Source: Candidatus Azobacteroides sp. (GTDB taxonomy: Bacteria; Bacteroidota; Bacteroidia; Bacteroidales; WRGA01). Taken from it: a stretch of 64,000 nucleotides of DNA. The notes beneath the pieces were generated by a model. That model made no database searches. It was not told the DNA's origin and saw only the letters and a program-made list of their open reading frames with translations. The DNA lies in assembly GCA_021201815.1 (NCBI GenBank), contig JAJQEC010000093.1:15989-79988 (forward strand), in the 5' to 3' direction. Made by a program: the position numbers and the translations under genes. Below, one piece after another: positions 36,039-46,492 of this stretch (position 1 is the stretch's first letter; the number at the start of each line of letters is the position of its first letter).

Positions 36039-36980
36039 TTAAAGAGCATTTATTTCTTTCAGGACATCATTTGTTTTGCGTACCGCATCCGCACTTTTAG
36101 CAAATAATTCCTGTTCTTTCTCATTTAATTTGTAGTCAATGATTTTCTCCCAACCATTTTTGCCGATTACAACGGGTACACCGATACAGATGTCATTCTG
36201 ACCGTATTCTCCTTCCAGAGCTACACAGCAGGGAATTACTTTTTTCTGATTTTTGATGATAGATTCTGTCAGGTAAGCAGCAGCAGCTCCCGGAGCATAC
36301 CATGCAGAAGTTCCCAGCAGACCGGTTAAGGTAGCTCCACCCACCATGGTATCGGCTACCACTTTTTCCATTTTATCAGCAGGAAGAATGGATTCAACAG
36401 GTACTCCCTTGTAATTCGCAAAACGAGTAAGAGGAATCATCGTTGTATCACCGTGACCACCGATAACCAATCCTTCCAGTTCGTTCGGATTAGCCCCTAA
36501 TGCCTGGCTCAGGTAGCATTTGAAACGAGAACTATCCAATGCTCCACCCATACCGATAACGCGGTTTTTAGGCAATCCTGTTACTTTTAATGTCAGGTAA
36601 GTCATTGTATCCATCGGATTACTTACAATGATAATAATTGCATTCGGGGAATATTTCAATACATTTTCTGCTACGCCTTTTACAATACCGGCATTTACAC
36701 CGATTAGTTCTTCACGGGTCATTCCCGGTTTACGGGGGATTCCTGAAGTGATCACTACTACATCTGAATTTGCAGTGGCAGCATAATCGTTGGTTGCACC
36801 TTTAATAGTAGAGTCAAATCCTAATAGAGTAGCTGTCTGCATCATATCAAGCGCTTTCCCTTCTGATAAGCCTTCTTTGATATCCAATAATACGATTTCG
36901 TCTGCTACTTCATTGAATAACATTACATTTGCACAGGTTGCACCTACATTTCCTGCTCCTACAACGGTTACTTTTGACAT
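36039..36980 (-). CDS. mdh: Malate dehydrogenase (LDH-like, NAD-dependent)
   Basis: 313-aa ORF starting MSKVTVVGAGNVGATCA..., with ITSGIPRKPGMTREEL and GGHGDTM-type motifs. Confidence 0.9.
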   Translation of the reverse strand: MSKVTVVGAGNVGATCANVMLFNEVADEIVLLDIKEGLSEGKALDMMQTATLLGFDSTIKGATNDYAATANSDVVVITSGIPRKPGMTREELIGVNAGIVKGVAENVLKYSPNAIIIIVSNPMDTMTYLTLKVTGLPKNRVIGMGGALDSSRFKCYLSQALGANPNELEGLVIGGHGDTTMIPLTRFANYKGVPVESILPADKMEKVVADTMVGGATLTGLLGTSAWYAPGAAAAYLTESIIKNQKKVIPCCVALEGEYGQNDICIGVPVVIGKNGWEKIIDYKLNEKEQELFAKSADAVRKTNDVLKEINAL

Positions 36981-37274
36981 AATGGTTTGTGTTTTATTAA
37001 TTTATAAACAAAATATCTTCTGATAAAGTCATCTGAATTTTCAATACCGGATGTTAAAGAGTAAAAGAACAGATTGATTTTTTCTCCTTTTTATTCTTCT
37101 TTTATCCGGTGTCAGATTTCGTTTTGGGTTTTCCAAAGATATGGATTTGTCAGCTAATTTTTCGGCACACAAAATTACAACTTATTCCTTTTACAGAGGA
37201 TAATTTTGCTACTTTATTTGAATGGCTTAACAATTTTTGTATTGTATCTTTTTTGAGCCGCAAATAAGAAGTAT

Positions 37275-37904
37275 TTATATATTTACTGATTCATCGTCTT
37301 CATTGCCTTTTAAGGAAGGAAGGCTGAGATGATATTTAACCGATATGACACGGGTAAGAATAACCGTTGAGGCGGCAACTATTTGTGTAAGAACAGGACT
37401 TACCCCGGTTTGCCGGCATAGGATAAAAACAATGCCTCCTATTACGCATGCCATTGCGTAAATATCTTTTCTGAAGATTAAAGGAATTTCCCGGATTAAT
37501 ATATCCCGCATGATACCTCCTGCGGAACCGGTAATCATTCCCATCATGATAGCTACCCAGAAAGGAAATTCCTGTTGCAGGCTTTTTTCAATGCCTACCA
37601 CAACAAATAGTCCGAGTCCTACGGCATCGAAGATGAAGAATGTATTGTTTAACCGGACCAGGTGTTTGCTGAATAAAATCACACAAACCAGTGCAATAGC
37701 TGTTACAATAAGGTAAGAAGGTTGCTGCATCCAGAAAGGAGTAATGCCTAATAATAAATCACGGATTGTTCCTCCTCCGATTGCCGTCGTAAGTCCGACA
37801 ATATAAGCCCCGAACCAGTCAACTTTTTTTGCAGAAGCCAGCCGTATGCCACTGATGGCAAAAGCAAAAGTTCCTATATAATCGATGATATCAACAAAGT
37901 ACAT
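37275..37904 (-). CDS. Trimeric intracellular cation channel family protein (UPF0126/YadS-like)
   Basis: 209-aa ORF with a duplicated glycine-rich motif GGGTIRDLLLG / AGGIMRDILI. Confidence 0.7.
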   Translation of the reverse strand: MYFVDIIDYIGTFAFAISGIRLASAKKVDWFGAYIVGLTTAIGGGTIRDLLLGITPFWMQQPSYLIVTAIALVCVILFSKHLVRLNNTFFIFDAVGLGLFVVVGIEKSLQQEFPFWVAIMMGMITGSAGGIMRDILIREIPLIFRKDIYAMACVIGGIVFILCRQTGVSPVLTQIVAASTVILTRVISVKYHLSLPSLKGNEDDESVNI

Positions 37905-37946
37905 ACTGCTTTTTCTGCATTTGGCCGGAGTTGGTTTCAGGAATAA

Positions 37947-38774
37947 TTAATCCTTTCCTTTCTGTAATCCGTACGTTTTATCTCTGAGAAATTGTGTATA
38001 TTCTTTCAGGTCTTTATACTTTGCCTGTTCTTCTACACTGATTATTTCTCCGAAAGTTATTTTGAACGTCCTGCCTTTCTTATTGAATACTTCATGGCAG
38101 AGACGAAGGGTTCTTAGTTTCCAGCTTACCAGACCAATGAGATTATAAAAAGTAGAATTATATCCGTGAAAGAAAACAGGAATAACCGGTACTTTTGCTT
38201 TCCGGATAAGCCGCATAACCGATGGCTGCCACTCTCTGTCTACAATCTCAAGGCGATTATTATACTTAGATACAGCGCCTGCCGGAAAGAATCCGAGCGG
38301 ATGCCCTTCTTTCAGGTGGGCAATACATTGTTTCACTCCTCCTACACTGGAATGTTTATCTTTTGCTCCGTCATACGGATTGACGCCTATGAAATTAGGC
38401 GCCATCGTTTTAATCATATTCAGCATCCAGTTTACCATCATTTTATAATCCGGGCGTTTGCGGGCAATGATGTCAATTGCCATAATTCCATCCAATGCTC
38501 CATATACATGATTGGATACTGTAATGAACGCTCCTTCGGGAAGATTGTTTAGTATTTCCTCGTTTTCGATGGAATAGGTTACTTCCACATCCTTAAGTAA
38601 ACGTCGGGTAAATTCTACTCCCTCATGTTCTATAGAACGCTTATATACCCAGTTTACTTTGTTTAATCCGGTAAATTTCATAAGAAAATCAGCTAATTTT
38701 ATTCCGATCTTCTTGCTGAATACAGGATGTATTTTTTTTAAGTCTTCAATGTCTATTACGGCGGGTTTTCTCAT
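37947..38774 (-). CDS. Lysophospholipid (PlsC-like) acyltransferase
   Basis: 275-aa ORF with the H(X)4D motif NHVYGALDG and FPAGAVS downstream. Confidence 0.7.
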   Translation of the reverse strand: MRKPAVIDIEDLKKIHPVFSKKIGIKLADFLMKFTGLNKVNWVYKRSIEHEGVEFTRRLLKDVEVTYSIENEEILNNLPEGAFITVSNHVYGALDGIMAIDIIARKRPDYKMMVNWMLNMIKTMAPNFIGVNPYDGAKDKHSSVGGVKQCIAHLKEGHPLGFFPAGAVSKYNNRLEIVDREWQPSVMRLIRKAKVPVIPVFFHGYNSTFYNLIGLVSWKLRTLRLCHEVFNKKGRTFKITFGEIISVEEQAKYKDLKEYTQFLRDKTYGLQKGKD

Positions 38775-38847
38775 TTTTGCTGTAAATGAAAAAGGTTGCC
38801 CAAGAATTTATCTTGTAACAACCCTTATTCGTTAGACGTTATTTCAT

Positions 38848-40146
38848 TTAGTCAATAAAATCAACTGTTTCTTCTCCTATAATCTGGCGAAGTGTATTTT
38901 TCAGTTTTATATACTGGATAAACAGGTCATGTTCTGCTACTGTTTCGTAATCTGTCATCGGACTCTTGAAATAGAAAGACAGCCAGGTCTGAATACCGGA
39001 GAATCCACAGCGTTGTGCCAGGTCGGTAAATAATACAAGGTCAAGACACAATGGTGCTGCTAAAATAGAATCACGGCAAAGGAAATCGACTTTCAATTGC
39101 ATAGGATAGCCCATCCAGCCGAATATATCGATGTTATCCCATCCTTCTTTATTGTCTTTTCTGGGTGGATAATAATTAATCCTTACTTTGTGATATACGT
39201 TTCCGTACAGTTCAGGATATAAATCCGGTTGAAGAATGTTATCGATTACAGAAAGTTTACTTTCTTCTTTCGTTTTAAAAGAACCCGGATCGTCCAGTAC
39301 TTCTCCGTCACGGTTCCCCAGAATGTTGGTAGAGAACCATCCGTTCAGACCTAACATACGTGTTTTGATCATTGGAGAAAGGACTGTTTTCAACATTGTT
39401 TGCCCGGTTTTGAAATCTTTCCCGCAGATCGGAACGTTTTTCTGTTCGCACAACTGCCAGATTGCCGGCATATCAACAGTGAGGTTCGGTGCACCGTTTA
39501 TATAAGGAACACCTTCGGAAATAGCTGCATACGCATAAATCATGGAGGGTGCGATCTGGTCGCTGTTGTCTTTCATTGCCTGTTCCAGTTTTGCCAGGTC
39601 TTTATGTTCTTCTCCTAAAGGTAGGAATACTTCTGTACTTCCACACCATATTACAACCAGACGGTCACAATTATTTTGAGATTTGAAATTACGAATATCT
39701 TCTTTTACCTGTTCCGCGAGATCCCATTTTGTTTTTCCTTCTTTTACCCAGGTACCGTGCAGACGTTTTACGAAATTCTGGTCAAAAACGGCTTTCATCG
39801 GTTTTATCTGCACCAATTCGCCTTTTACTCCGTCAATATCTTTTGTTTCCAGTACTTCTGCATGTTTTGCCGCATCATATACATTATCTTCGAAGATATC
39901 CCATCCACCGAAAACGATGTCGTTAAGATCAGCTAACGGCACTACGTCTTTAATTTTAGGAAAACGGTTCTCATTCCTTTTTCCCAGACGCATGGTTGCC
40001 AATTGGGTGATAGATCCGATTGGTTTAGAAAGTCCTTTACGTACAGCTAAAGTTCCTACAATAAAAGTTGAAGCAACCGCTCCCCCAACACCTACAACCA
40101 AAACACCAAGTTTACCCCCGGCGTCTTTGACTTGAATTTTTTCCAT
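38848..40146 (-). CDS. myo-Inositol-1-phosphate (inositol-3-phosphate) synthase
   Basis: 432-aa ORF with the N-terminal NAD-binding GVLVVGVGGAVAST and overall MIPS-like sequence (…NGWFSTNILGNRDGEVL…SKLSVIDNIL…). Confidence 0.8.
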   Translation of the reverse strand: MEKIQVKDAGGKLGVLVVGVGGAVASTFIVGTLAVRKGLSKPIGSITQLATMRLGKRNENRFPKIKDVVPLADLNDIVFGGWDIFEDNVYDAAKHAEVLETKDIDGVKGELVQIKPMKAVFDQNFVKRLHGTWVKEGKTKWDLAEQVKEDIRNFKSQNNCDRLVVIWCGSTEVFLPLGEEHKDLAKLEQAMKDNSDQIAPSMIYAYAAISEGVPYINGAPNLTVDMPAIWQLCEQKNVPICGKDFKTGQTMLKTVLSPMIKTRMLGLNGWFSTNILGNRDGEVLDDPGSFKTKEESKLSVIDNILQPDLYPELYGNVYHKVRINYYPPRKDNKEGWDNIDIFGWMGYPMQLKVDFLCRDSILAAPLCLDLVLFTDLAQRCGFSGIQTWLSFYFKSPMTDYETVAEHDLFIQYIKLKNTLRQIIGEETVDFID

Positions 40147-40316
40147 GTTAGTTCTTTTTAAAAATATAAAAGATAGTTAATTTCCAATTATTATTAATTA
40201 GTTTACCCGGATACTTAAAAATATAATTTTTTAAGAACCATGCAAATGTCGTTATTTTTCAATAAAGTTGTTTTTCTTTTCTCTAAAAAATGAGAAATAG
40301 TTTGTAAAAACTCCCC

Positions 40317-40757
40317 TCAGCAATCGTTATGAATATAAAAAAGATTCTGCAGGATGTCTGCAAATTCTTCTTTTTGAGTTTCTGTAAGTGGTTTCTTTTC
40401 CAGCTTTACCGGGATTTGATTTTTTCCATCCGGGTTTATCCGGACTCCTTCCAGCATTGCCGGCTTTTGGTGAAGAAGCATCACTCCGGTAAATAAATAT
40501 TCTACCATGCAATACCGATTTTCTTCTTCATTAAAAGAAATGTTAAGTTCGATCCAATCTTCTTCATGGTCGTATTTATACATTCCGATTGTATAAGGAT
40601 TTCCACCGCAGGGATCTTCTATTGCCAGATACATTGTGATATTATATTTTCCGTTTATGGAACCTTTATATAACATTTGTTCCGGCTTAGATATCTGTGA
40701 GAAAACAGGAGATAGAAAGCATAACAGAAAAAGAGAAAAGAAAAGATACTTTTTCAT
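40317..40757 (-). CDS. Small exported protein of unknown function inside the inositol-lipid cluster
   Basis: 146-aa ORF with signal peptide MKKYLFFSLFLLCFLSPVFSQ. Stop TGA. Confidence 0.6.
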   Translation of the reverse strand: MKKYLFFSLFLLCFLSPVFSQISKPEQMLYKGSINGKYNITMYLAIEDPCGGNPYTIGMYKYDHEEDWIELNISFNEEENRYCMVEYLFTGVMLLHQKPAMLEGVRINPDGKNQIPVKLEKKPLTETQKEEFADILQNLFYIHNDC

Positions 40758-40771
40758 ATTCAGCTACTTAC

Positions 40772-41485
40772 TTATAATATTTCCTTTAAGTCCGTAAAGG
40801 TATAAATTATTCCGGAAGCAACGGGATTTTCCGTATTTTCTTTCTCATCCCAGCCAATTCCTTTTAACCAGATGGTTTTACATCCTGCAGAGGTTGCAGG
40901 TAAAATATCCTTTGTATAAGAATCTCCTACCACTACTACATTTTCAGCAGGTAAATTCAGTTCGTTTACTCCTAATGTGAAAATAGCCGGATCGGGCTTA
41001 CGGACATTTACGATGGCAGATTCAACAATGCTTTTGAAATATTCTCTGATACCGAAATCCTCCAAGACTGTTTCTACATTTCCGTAAAAATTAGAAACCA
41101 ACACCATGGGGTATTTTTCGTATAAATAGTTAAGTACAGGGATGGCGTTCGCAATGCTTTCTTTTACAAATCCATAACAAATCTCACTGATGGGCTGAGA
41201 ATAATTTTGTGCTTCAGAAGACAAAAAGAAGTTTTCTTTAAGATAATTGATTTGCAGGCTTGTTTTTTTTAATAGGAGTTCATAGAAATTATCTTTCTCT
41301 TCAATTACTTTATGAGTAGCTAAATACCGTTCTCCATATACATAGGCTTCCCTGAAAGCTTCTCTGCTTACCGGGACATTCACTTGCTGATAAGCATCCC
41401 ACAATACCTCGGCCCAATGTTTGCCATTTGTATCAATCGTAGCCCCATAATCAAATAAAATTCCTTTTATATTTTCTAATTTCAT
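40772..41485 (-). CDS. HAD-superfamily hydrolase (candidate inositol-phosphate / PIP phosphatase)
   Basis: 237-aa ORF with N-terminal ILFDYGATIDTNG and C-terminal VVVVGDSYTKDI HAD motifs. Confidence 0.7.
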   Translation of the reverse strand: MKLENIKGILFDYGATIDTNGKHWAEVLWDAYQQVNVPVSREAFREAYVYGERYLATHKVIEEKDNFYELLLKKTSLQINYLKENFFLSSEAQNYSQPISEICYGFVKESIANAIPVLNYLYEKYPMVLVSNFYGNVETVLEDFGIREYFKSIVESAIVNVRKPDPAIFTLGVNELNLPAENVVVVGDSYTKDILPATSAGCKTIWLKGIGWDEKENTENPVASGIIYTFTDLKEIL

Positions 41486-41516
41486 GCGTAATATATAATA
41501 TATTCCCAGATGCTTT

Positions 41517-42593
41517 TCAACATCTGTTTTCTTCGTTTTTATTGTAATTGGGTTGTTCTATTTCTTTCTGGATTATTTTCTCTTCCTGAATCATCTTATG
41601 ATAGGAGTGATTTTTTGCGGGATGAATTTTAATCAAAACCAGTCCGATAAGTATCCATGCCAATTCCCTGACCCGGGTGATTAAGCTTACGGAAACCCCC
41701 AGTCCCAGCGGAAGAGAAAAGCTGGTAAGCGCTAACGCAAATCCGGCTTCCCGAGTTCCCAACTGCATAGGAGAGAAAAAGAATATATTTGCAAAAAGAG
41801 AAGAGATACCAATAATGATGATACTATCAATAAATGTAACCTCCTGTCCCAAGGCAGTAAGAATAAAAAAAACTTCCAGTGCGCTGAGAATTCTGGCAAA
41901 AAAATCAAACACCAGTGCTTTATAAAAAGCTACCGGGCGATTGTTATGTAATTCGGCTATTTGTTCATCTACCCGCTGTAAATTATTTTTTTGTTTTAAG
42001 ACAAATTTCCTTGCCCATTTCTTGACAACCGGTACTTTTTGTAAGCTTTGTAAAATATTCAGAATAAGGCCTTTTTTATATCCCCTGAATAGTAAAAATA
42101 TCAACGTTACACATACAACGAAAACGACAATAAGAGAGGTGGTCAATCCTTTCTGGGTGGGAATAAAAATAAGTACAAGCGGGATTGTCATTAACCAGTA
42201 AAAAAAATGGGAGAGGAAATGCATCATGGCATAAGCAATTACCGAAGAAGTTGCTTTGGCTGTCCCAAGGTTTTCCCGGATTTCCATGATCTTGTAGGGC
42301 TCTCCGCCTACCAGGCCTCCGGGCGCAACATAATTCAGTGCGTATCCGCTTATTGTTAATTTCATTACCCGCAGGAATGAAATCTTAGTCTCCTTTTTAT
42401 CTTTTATAATCGTATACCAGGAAAGGGCATTGAAAAAATAAATGGGAATCCAGATGCCGATAATAGCAAAAAACCACCATCCTGTCTTTGCAATATTGCT
42501 GGCAATTACGTCTATACCTATCTTATAAATCATAAAACTAAAGATAAGTAAACCTGCAATAAGAAGAATATTACGTAGTCTTTTAGCCTTCAA
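41517..42593 (-). CDS. UPF0104 / lysylphosphatidylglycerol-synthase-TM-region (flippase-like) membrane protein
   Basis: 358-aa polytopic ORF with character typical of the TIGR00374-type family. Stop TGA. Confidence 0.55.
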   Translation of the reverse strand: MKAKRLRNILLIAGLLIFSFMIYKIGIDVIASNIAKTGWWFFAIIGIWIPIYFFNALSWYTIIKDKKETKISFLRVMKLTISGYALNYVAPGGLVGGEPYKIMEIRENLGTAKATSSVIAYAMMHFLSHFFYWLMTIPLVLIFIPTQKGLTTSLIVVFVVCVTLIFLLFRGYKKGLILNILQSLQKVPVVKKWARKFVLKQKNNLQRVDEQIAELHNNRPVAFYKALVFDFFARILSALEVFFILTALGQEVTFIDSIIIIGISSLFANIFFFSPMQLGTREAGFALALTSFSLPLGLGVSVSLITRVRELAWILIGLVLIKIHPAKNHSYHKMIQEEKIIQKEIEQPNYNKNEENRC

Positions 42594-43548
42594 TTTTCTC
42601 TATTTTTTTAGTAAAACCCTTGCAAAAACCTTCATGGGTGCGTACCATGTAAATGAGCATTATATTCAGGACTGTAAGCTCAAATGCAAAATATATCCAT
42701 ACCTGATTAAGAAATAATCCTACAAATAAAGCAATTACTCTGGTATTAAAAGAAAGCATATTGGTATATTTCATCAGAGGTTTACTCTTTGCGCGAAATT
42801 CTGTTTTAAACCATTCCGGAACATTTTCTTCGTATTTCGCCTGTAGTACTTGTAGCATTTTTTGTAATGCCGGAGTTGATTTCTCCTGGGTGATGGTATA
42901 ATTTCTATAGAAAAATAAAACGATTTTATTCCAGAAATCTTTATTCCAGGAGAGCGTATTGTATTTCTCTGTCAGTTTCGTTGAGTTGTCTACTTCGCTT
43001 CCTGATTTACCTTTCAGGAACAGAAGATGAATGTTCCTATAATAATCTGCCATGGCAGCCTGTTTGGAGTGGAAGAATCCGGCGGTTAATGCTAAAGGCC
43101 ACACAATATACCAATCAAAACCGGCATTCTGTAAACGCAGGCATAAAGCAATATAGATAGAAAAAAACCAAAGATCACCACATACTCCATCCAGAATCCG
43201 TCCGAAATTTGAACTCTGTCCGGTCATTCTGGCAAGTTGCCCGTCTGCACTATCATAGGAATTTGCCCAGATAAGCAATAACATTCCGTATATATTAATG
43301 AGCAGATTATCATAATAGAACAGGATTCCTGCTGCAACGCCGATAAATATGCTTGCAATAGTTACTATATTCGGCGTAATTCCAAGCTTTCGGAAGAGGA
43401 GTGCCCAGCAATATCCGATCGGTCGATAAAACCAGATATCAATAAATTCTTCGGTATCTGCAGATTTGAGTGTATCTTTAAAAGAAATCTTTTTATTTTC
43501 CATTCTTGAATGTAGGTTTCCCTTTTTAGAAAAGGGTTTTTGTTTCAA
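42583..43548 (-). CDS. CDP-alcohol phosphatidyltransferase family protein (candidate phosphatidylinositol(-phosphate) synthase)
   Basis: Contains DSADGQLARMTGQSSNFGRILDGVCGD, close to the D(x)2DG(x)2AR...G(x)3D motif. The start may instead be MENKKISF at 43503, which would remove the 23-nt overlap with the upstream gene. Confidence 0.75.
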   Translation of the reverse strand: MKQKPFSKKGNLHSRMENKKISFKDTLKSADTEEFIDIWFYRPIGYCWALLFRKLGITPNIVTIASIFIGVAAGILFYYDNLLINIYGMLLLIWANSYDSADGQLARMTGQSSNFGRILDGVCGDLWFFSIYIALCLRLQNAGFDWYIVWPLALTAGFFHSKQAAMADYYRNIHLLFLKGKSGSEVDNSTKLTEKYNTLSWNKDFWNKIVLFFYRNYTITQEKSTPALQKMLQVLQAKYEENVPEWFKTEFRAKSKPLMKYTNMLSFNTRVIALFVGLFLNQVWIYFAFELTVLNIMLIYMVRTHEGFCKGFTKKIEKIEG

Positions 43549-44413
43549 CAGATGCTTTTTTCAGGCATTCATTATAAATACAAGTTGCAATATGTGGAGA
43601 AGCAAGTGTGCGGCAGGGAGCAAAACTGGGCCAGTCATTAAAATCAATGATCTGAATATTTCCTTCTGTATCTACAATACAGTCGCCACCATATATTTTT
43701 ATGTTTAACGTTTCGGCTGTTTTTTTACATATTTCTTTTAAATACTTGATGGAAAAAGAAAAATGTTGTGCGTCCCCGTTCTGTTGTTCATTGCCGAATT
43801 TGCTATGATTCCGGTCTCCAGGATAAAACCAATAGAAGAAGTCAGAATCATGAACACCATAAAATTTCAGCAAATCTCCCGTTAAATGCTTGTTTACCAC
43901 TGCTCTTTCGATTCCTCTGAGATGAAACTCATTAATAATATTACAGGCTACTTCCAGACTTCGTGCGTAACTCACGTCTTCCCGGTGGATTGCATGGCAG
44001 TCCGCTCTTTTTATCCAGTATTTTCCTGCGTTTAAAGTTAGGAGAAGTTCTGTGGCGTCTTTATCTGTATCTACTATCACACTTTGAGGGTGCGGAATGT
44101 GGTTCCCGACTATTAAGTTAGTCATTTTCTCACGCATACAGTTTGTTATACCATATCCGGAGTTAATAACGACATGTCCTTTATCTTCTAATTCCTTCAG
44201 CTTATTTATTGTTGTAAAGTCACGGGCCATATTGAAAATAAACTTCTCGGAAATCACATTTCCGATAAATTCTTCTTCCGTATATTCGTTTACTATACAA
44301 CCCAAAGCACGGAGTTCTTTTGTCGTTTCATTAAAAATTGCAGCATCATTTCCGATGTGATTCGGGGAAAATATACTGCCTCTTCGAACTCCTGCAATGA
44401 TCATTTTTCTCAT
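43526..44413 (-). CDS. ATP-grasp-like protein (resembles the inositol-polyphosphate kinase type of ATP-grasp)
   Basis: 295-aa ORF. The C-terminal YGGDCIVDTEGNIQIIDFNDWPSF resembles the metal/ATP-binding end of ATP-grasp enzymes. Confidence 0.45.
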   Translation of the reverse strand: MRKMIIAGVRRGSIFSPNHIGNDAAIFNETTKELRALGCIVNEYTEEEFIGNVISEKFIFNMARDFTTINKLKELEDKGHVVINSGYGITNCMREKMTNLIVGNHIPHPQSVIVDTDKDATELLLTLNAGKYWIKRADCHAIHREDVSYARSLEVACNIINEFHLRGIERAVVNKHLTGDLLKFYGVHDSDFFYWFYPGDRNHSKFGNEQQNGDAQHFSFSIKYLKEICKKTAETLNIKIYGGDCIVDTEGNIQIIDFNDWPSFAPCRTLASPHIATCIYNECLKKASVETKTLF

Positions 44414-44425
44414 TTATTTCTTTTA

Positions 44426-45121
44426 TTATTCTGTCCGGATAAATTTTTCCGCCTTATTTATATCTTCCACATGGTCCACATCGACTATTTTATCAAAAGG
44501 ATATGCTTTCAGCAAAACCCCGGCTTCTACCATAGCCTGTTGAAAATTCCGCATTCTGGATATCCCTTTTTCTACTGCTTCCTGAAGCAACGGAAGAACG
44601 TTGGGTGAGAGGCAGTATATCCCTCCTGATACGAATTTACTGTTTGGCTCTGAAGAAAAACCTGTAATAGTCATTTCTTCATTTGTTTTTACATACAATG
44701 GCTTTTCATCATCAATATAATCAGTCACTGCCATTAACCCGTCTATCTCATTATTTCTTGAAAATTCACTGATATAGCCGGAAAATTCCTTTTCATGAAA
44801 AATCGTATCTACTGTGGTTAAGCAAAACTTTTCTTCTTTTAAATAAGGCATTAACTCATAAAAGCTATGCATGGAACTTTCCGTGGATTTGACAATAACA
44901 TTCAAGGGAACCGGTAATTGTAAAGATTGCAGATGTATCTGCACTTCCTTCATGTATTCGTTTACAATAATAGCGATAGAAGACGCTTTATTCCGAACAA
45001 ATATATTTATTAAACGGTCGATCATGGATATGCCATTTAAATGCACCAATGGCTTGGGAACACTTATCCCTTCCTCCACTAAACGGGATCCCTCTCCTGC
45101 TGCTATAATAGCATACTTCAT
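44426..45121 (-). CDS. Nucleotidyltransferase (NTP-transferase domain; candidate inositol-phosphate cytidylyltransferase)
   Basis: 231-aa ORF with N-terminal IIAAGEGSRL...PKPLV signature. Confidence 0.7.
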   Translation of the reverse strand: MKYAIIAAGEGSRLVEEGISVPKPLVHLNGISMIDRLINIFVRNKASSIAIIVNEYMKEVQIHLQSLQLPVPLNVIVKSTESSMHSFYELMPYLKEEKFCLTTVDTIFHEKEFSGYISEFSRNNEIDGLMAVTDYIDDEKPLYVKTNEEMTITGFSSEPNSKFVSGGIYCLSPNVLPLLQEAVEKGISRMRNFQQAMVEAGVLLKAYPFDKIVDVDHVEDINKAEKFIRTE

Positions 45122-45146
45122 ATTCTTTCCGGTTATAAATAAAGAA

Positions 45147-45162
45147 ATAGCTAGCTAGCTAT
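45147..45162. repeat. 16-bp perfect palindrome ATAGCTAGCTAGCTAT ((TAGC)n) 26-41 nt upstream of the nucleotidyltransferase start
   Basis: Read directly; its reverse complement is identical. Confidence 0.95.
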
Positions 45163-45397
45163 GCTATTCCTCGTTATAAACTATCTCTATCTTTATTTTT
45201 AATTTCTAATTATACCACATAAAAACATGGGAAAAGAGATCTTTCCTATACCAGGGAGACCTTATTCCATAAATATTTAGCAAGAGCTAAAACAAATAAC
45301 GTGCAAAAGTCTAAAAAAATGTTATAAAATCAAATAATTAAAGGCTATTTAACAATTGATTTCTTTATTCATCAAGAAAAATCCGAATGAATTTTTT

Positions 45398-46462
45398 TTA
45401 TATAATTACTCCGCTTCCTAAACAAAGTCTGGATTCCTTATCATAAATAACACCGAACTGACCGGCCGCAATCCCCTGTATTTTTTCTTCGGACCGGATG
45501 GTATACAGATCCCCTATCCTGCTCAATTTCCCTTTTGTAAACTCAGGGGTATGTCTGACCTTAAAAGTAATTTCCTTTTCTCCTTCAAAATTTCCCCAAG
45601 GGTCTTCGGAAATAAAATTAAATGCTCCTAGGTTTATGGTTTTTCCATATTGTGTTTCCGGGTCGTATCCGTTGGAAACGTATATCAAATTCTGTTCAAT
45701 GTCTTTTTTAATGACAAACCACGGACCTCCGCTTAAGCCAAGTCCTTTTCGCTGTCCAATGGTATGAAACCAGTATCCTCTATGTTTTCCTACTTTCTTC
45801 CCGGTTTCGAATTCAACAATATCTCCTTCTTTTTCTCCTAAATATCTCCGAATAAAATCATTGTAATTGATTTTGCCTAAAAAACAGATTCCCTGACTAT
45901 CTTTTCGGTGGGCACTCGGTAACTTTTCTCTGGCTGCAATTTCTCTTACTTCCGATTTTAGAAGGTCTCCGATAGGAAATATAAGTTTGGAAACCTGCAT
46001 ATAATTTATTTGTCCCAGAAAGTACGTCTGATCTTTTACTTGATCTTTCGCCGTGGATAAATAAATTTTATCGTTAATCTCCGTAGTATTGGCATAATGT
46101 CCCGTTGCAATTTTATCAAAATCTTTTCCCCATTTCTGTTCGAAGGAACCGAATTTGATAAGTTTGTTACACATCATATCGGGATTAGGTGTTAACCCTC
46201 GCTTTACGGCCTCAATGGTGTAACTCACTACATTTTCCCAGTATTCTTCGTGCAGCGATACAATCTCAAACTTACATCCGTATTTTTTTGCAATAAAAGA
46301 TGTAATTTCAATATCTTCTTCCGAAGGACAGTCTATGTATCCCTGTTCATCTTCCATCCCTATTCTTATATAAAATATGGTCGGATCATAGCCGGCTTCT
46401 TTCAATCGGTAGGCTACTACAGAACTGTCTACGCCTCCCGAAATTAATGCAGCGATATTCAT
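45398..46462 (-). CDS. mnmA: tRNA 2-thiouridine(34) synthase MnmA
   Basis: 354-aa ORF starting [15 protein letters not shown] (PP-loop), with KDQTYFL and …CFLGK… motifs. Confidence 0.9.
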   Translation of the reverse strand: MNIAALISGGVDSSVVAYRLKEAGYDPTIFYIRIGMEDEQGYIDCPSEEDIEITSFIAKKYGCKFEIVSLHEEYWENVVSYTIEAVKRGLTPNPDMMCNKLIKFGSFEQKWGKDFDKIATGHYANTTEINDKIYLSTAKDQVKDQTYFLGQINYMQVSKLIFPIGDLLKSEVREIAAREKLPSAHRKDSQGICFLGKINYNDFIRRYLGEKEGDIVEFETGKKVGKHRGYWFHTIGQRKGLGLSGGPWFVIKKDIEQNLIYVSNGYDPETQYGKTINLGAFNFISEDPWGNFEGEKEITFKVRHTPEFTKGKLSRIGDLYTIRSEEKIQGIAAGQFGVIYDKESRLCLGSGVII

Positions 46463-46492
46463 GTCTTATTTTTCTCCTGTATAGTTTAATCA

